Part shown: piece after piece, positions 59,975 to 64,000 of the stretch
Numbering within the stretch: position 1 is the stretch's first letter
How the letters are laid out: the number at the start of each line of letters is the position of its first letter
Source of the DNA: Octopus vulgaris
Taxonomy: Eukaryota
Direction: 5' to 3'
NCBI GenBank assembly: GCA_951406725.2
Contig: OX597815.1
Span: 101,184,001 to 101,248,000 of the forward strand
Length of the DNA stretch: 64,000 nucleotides
The notes under the pieces: generated by a model
Told to the model about the DNA's origin: nothing
Databases searched by the model: none
Seen by the model: only the letters and a program-made list of their open reading frames with translations
Translations under genes and position numbers: made by a program

Positions 59975-62078
59975 GCGTATTTTAATTTGATAAATTATAC
60001 GGAAAGAAACGAAGATGGACGAAAAAAAGTGTGACGTCAAAATGACGTCAGATTTTTCTTCTTTCACTTCTGACATCCAAAGGCATGACAGTGCCAAACT
60101 CTCTATTTTTAGCCAATAGCGAAACAGAAGTTTTCTGCATTTAGTGGAACGGTGTCATCTTCAAGGTTGTACCCTGTAAAATTTAGCATCTGTGACATGA
60201 CCTGTTCATTGTAGCTTTCTAAATGAATAAAAATACCTAATAAAATCAACATGTATCATCTTACTGTTTCTTTTGTCTCTTCATTGATCCTTTGTTTTTA
60301 TTATTTAAAAAATTTGTTATATTAATATATTTGTCTGCATGCGTAGTTCATTATTATGTATACCTGTCATGTATTTGTGTACATCATTAATATATAAGTG
60401 CACGTAGATGTATGTATTCATATGTAAGTTTATATGTACATTTATGCATTCATGTGTATTGTGTGTATGTGTGTGTGAAGGGGGCGTCTGTCTCCAAAAC
60501 TCCAAAGTTGAGTAACGTTTTCATGCTTGGATTTGTAAACTACGATAAGAATAACATATATGAAATGAACAGTATGTAGAAATATTAACACAGAAAAAGC
60601 ACAGAAAAATACTAAAACACAGAAGCACAGAAAAATATATAATATACTGACACAGAAAAATTAAAACAAAACACGCGGGTGAAAAGAATCTCGCGGTGTG
60701 AAGTATCAAGTGTGTAAAGTGAATATAGAACAACGTGTGTCACAGACAACAGTGAAGTGAACCACGAAGTCGCAGACAACAGTGAAGCGAACAACAACAT
60801 AGCATACAGTTGTCATGGTAACAAACTGCTAATGCCACGCTGTCTGCTGTTTGGCTAAAATTACCAAAATTTCCCAGCTTTAATTCTAAATAACATCAGA
60901 TTCTTTAATTTACGAGATAAGGTAATTGGTTGATCGTAATCAAAATTCAGAGTTGCATCGATACACCAAAATTGAAAGCAATCTGAGCAGAATTAAAAGA
61001 GACTCATTTTGCGAATGAGAAAGACTAGATCCGACATACCTTCAGGTTGTATTATACTTTATTCGGCTTCAAACTTTGGCACAATTTTGGAAATTCGAGA
61101 GAGGGGATAAGTCGATTACATCAATTGGTACTCTTATTTTATCGACCCTGAATGGATGAAAGGCAAAGTTGACCTCGACGGAATTTGAACTCAGAATGTA
61201 AAGATGGACGAAATGCTGCTAAGCATTTTGCCTGGCGTACTAACAATTCTGCCAGCTCGCCGCCCAATGAACTACAATAAAAATCCACAGACAAAGCTTG
61301 TCACCCGATTTAACACCAACTGGTTCTTTGGGTGCTTTAGGAGAGTCCACACTGTTGCAAGCATTTGCTCAAGATTCCCAGCTCAAGGATACCCTCATAC
61401 CCACCTCCCTAATATTTTTCAGTTTGCATCATGGTTGGTCAATTCTTTTTATTATTTATGTTGTTCTTGTAATTTAATTTTTGAAACCCTTCTCAAGAAT
61501 TGATCGTATCTACAGTAAAAAAATAAAATGATACATTTGTTTCAAAATTGTCGTATGAATAATGACGACGACCAAAGAAGCAGTGAATTATAATATTTGA
61601 TGCTGATGTCATTGTTTCTCCCAAGGTCGAGTAAACAAATGCTCAAAAACTGTTACCACTCCGTCTTTTTTTCTGGACACAAGTCTATCTAGATATACAT
61701 CATTCAACGAGTCTTTCATCTTTTTTAAACGGTAGGGTATGCAGTGATGGAGATTTTGGTTGATATTTGATTGACATCATACATAATTCATCGTTGCCTT
61801 GTTAACATCTCTGATAATTTATAATACCGAACCCACATATTACCAAAACGGCATCACAAATACAATGTTTCCTCTAGAGGGTCAGACACTACTTCACTTC
61901 GGATCAGTTGCTAACTCACTAAGTTGAAGTAAGATTCACGTTGGAAAGCTACTAACATCCATGAGACAACGTTTCTGTTACATATGAAAACATCGTATGA
62001 CACGCTAAGTGATATTAGATACTTTTAACTCCAAGTTGAGACGCAAAAGAACAGCAACCCCATTAACAGGATACTTAA

Positions 62079-62295
62079 CCCTTTAGCACTCAAATTATTC
62101 TGTCAAATATAATGCTTATTTATTGACATTGTTTTGAATTAATCATGCATCTTGCAGCTTTGAAATTTTCATGGCGTGGTTGCTTATTTTTAGAAGGACA
62201 TTGCAGTGTAGGTGTGAGAGGTTGCATCTGGCTGGTTTGAACATAGAACAGGTAGAATATTTGGGTTGGATATGTCTGGTTTGGATGCTTAAGGG
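62079..62295. mobile_element. piggyBac-like MITE
   Basis: TTAA|CCCTTTAGCA ... TGCTTAAGGG|TTGA. Confidence 0.65.
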
Positions 62296-64000
62296 TTGAT
62301 GTGCACAATGTATTTGTATATTTCTCCGTTCAAATTCAGCCAAGTTCGGTTCTTTTTGGAATCGGTAAAAAAAAAAAAAACAGCTCAAGTACTGGGATTA
62401 GTATAATCGACTATATCCACCCAACAAACCAAATACCTATTACTTAACAAGCAACCGTGACTTGTTAGCGATTATACTACAGAGCACTTGTTATTTCTTC
62501 TTGAATTCTCATTAATCCCCTGGCGCGCTCCGAGTGCACAGAGTTCTTCTGAACTCACGTCACATACTTTAGATCTGTGACTTCATTGGAATTTCATTAG
62601 TTAGCAGTCTGACATACCGTGTGCTCTTTGCTCTTTGCTCTTTTACTTGTTTCAGTCATTTGACTGCGGCCATGCTGGAGCATCGCCTTTAGTCGAGCAA
62701 ATCGACCCCAGGACTTATTCTTTGTAAGCCTAGTACTTATTCTATCGGTCTCTTTTGCCGAACCGTTAAGTGACGGGGACATGAACACACCAGCATCGGT
62801 TATCAAGCGATGTTGGCGGCGGGGGGGGGGGGGCAAACACAGACACACAAAAACACACATTAGGCTCTGAATTCAAATCCCGGAGAGGTTCGACATTACT
62901 TTTCATCCTCGTGAAATCAATAAGATGCATTTTAGTAATATATTGATTTCTTCCATAGATAAAAGGTTATGATAAAAGGTGTGAATAATTATTTCTGCTA
63001 ATAGGAGATGATGAAAGTCGATTACATCAATCCCAGTACTTGACTGGTACTTATTTTATCCACCCCGAAATGATGAAAGGTAAAGTCGACCTCAGCAGAA
63101 TCAGAACTCAGAATGCAAAGACGGAAGAAATTCTTTAAAGCATTTTATGCGGTGCTAACAATTCTGCCAGCTCGCCACCTTACTATGGCTGAATAATAAG
63201 ACGCGATTATTGCGACTGGAATGCTCTTGATCATAGCTGTGCTCAGTCAGGGCTGATATCAGAGCCAACCAACAACAGCCGCATTGAGCGTTCGAATACG
63301 AGCGAGCACATTTACACAAGAACAAATGAGAGACTCTACAGAATCTTTTAGAAAGACTCCGCCGGTTACGACGACGAGGGTCCCAGCTGATACGATCAAC
63401 GGAACAGCTTGCTCGTGAAATTAACGTGCAAATGGCTGAGCATTCCACAGACACGTGTACCCTTAACGTAGTTCTCGGGGATAATCAGCGTGACACAGAG
63501 AGTGACAAGGCTGACCCTTTGAAATACAAGTACAACTCATTTTTGCCAGCTGAGTGGACTGGAGCAACGTGAAATAAAGTGTCTTGCTCAAGGACACAAC
63601 GCGTCGCCGGGAATCGAACTCACAACCTTACGATCATGAACCAAATGCCCTAACCACTAAGCCACGCGCCCTCACTACAGAATCTTAAACTGCTATAAAT
63701 AACTAACACACCGCCACCTCAAATCACTCCGCACCATCAAAAAAATACACAAACATTGAAATAAACATTATATAATGTAGTTCTTTGAAAATGGCTTTGA
63801 CCACAAGTCTCTTGAATAAGAGCAGAGCTGAGACCACCACCACCACCACCACCACAACAATAATAATCCTTTCTACAATAGGCACAATTTGGGGGAGAGG
63901 ATAGTCGATAACATCAAACCCAGTATTTTACCGGTACCTAACTTATCGACCCCGAAAGGATAAAAGGCAGAGTAGACCTCGGTGGAATTTGAACTCAGAA

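Larger units (their letters stand above)
58308..60095 (+). mobile_element. Merlin (IS1016/ISXO2-like) DNA transposon
   Basis: ~53-bp TIRs starting GGCAC.GTCATGCCTTTGGATGTCAGAAGTGAAAG; 8-bp TSD AAACTCTC at 58300-58307 and 60096-60103; subterminal tandem repeats. Confidence 0.95.

Overview
A repeat-dense, AT-rich metazoan genomic window, probably from a cephalopod (Octopus); this is inferred from the SINE families and microsatellite load. It holds one convincing host gene: a three-coding-exon, 185-aa insulin/relaxin-family prepropeptide of the Drosophila Ilp7 (dilp7-ortholog) type at 29684-34353 (+). The rest is mostly mobile DNA: tRNA-derived SINEs, CR1-like LINE fragments, Penelope-like element (PLE) remnants with GIY-YIG domains, a mariner, a Merlin/ISXO2 transposon, MITEs and an ORF1-only element inserted in a SINE. 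The main hidden signal is about 24 type I hammerhead ribozyme (HHR) motifs from about 13 sequence families, read by eye. They include two near-identical retrozyme-like tandem arrays (359-bp and ~536-bp units, one HHR per unit, each with an inverted copy and (TA)n flanks), several HHR-tipped fold-backs including a ~4.4-kb palindrome, and HHRs inside an intron of the insulin-like gene. Most ORFs in the supplied track are microsatellite artefacts. All structures were assigned manually, with no database search or folding computation.
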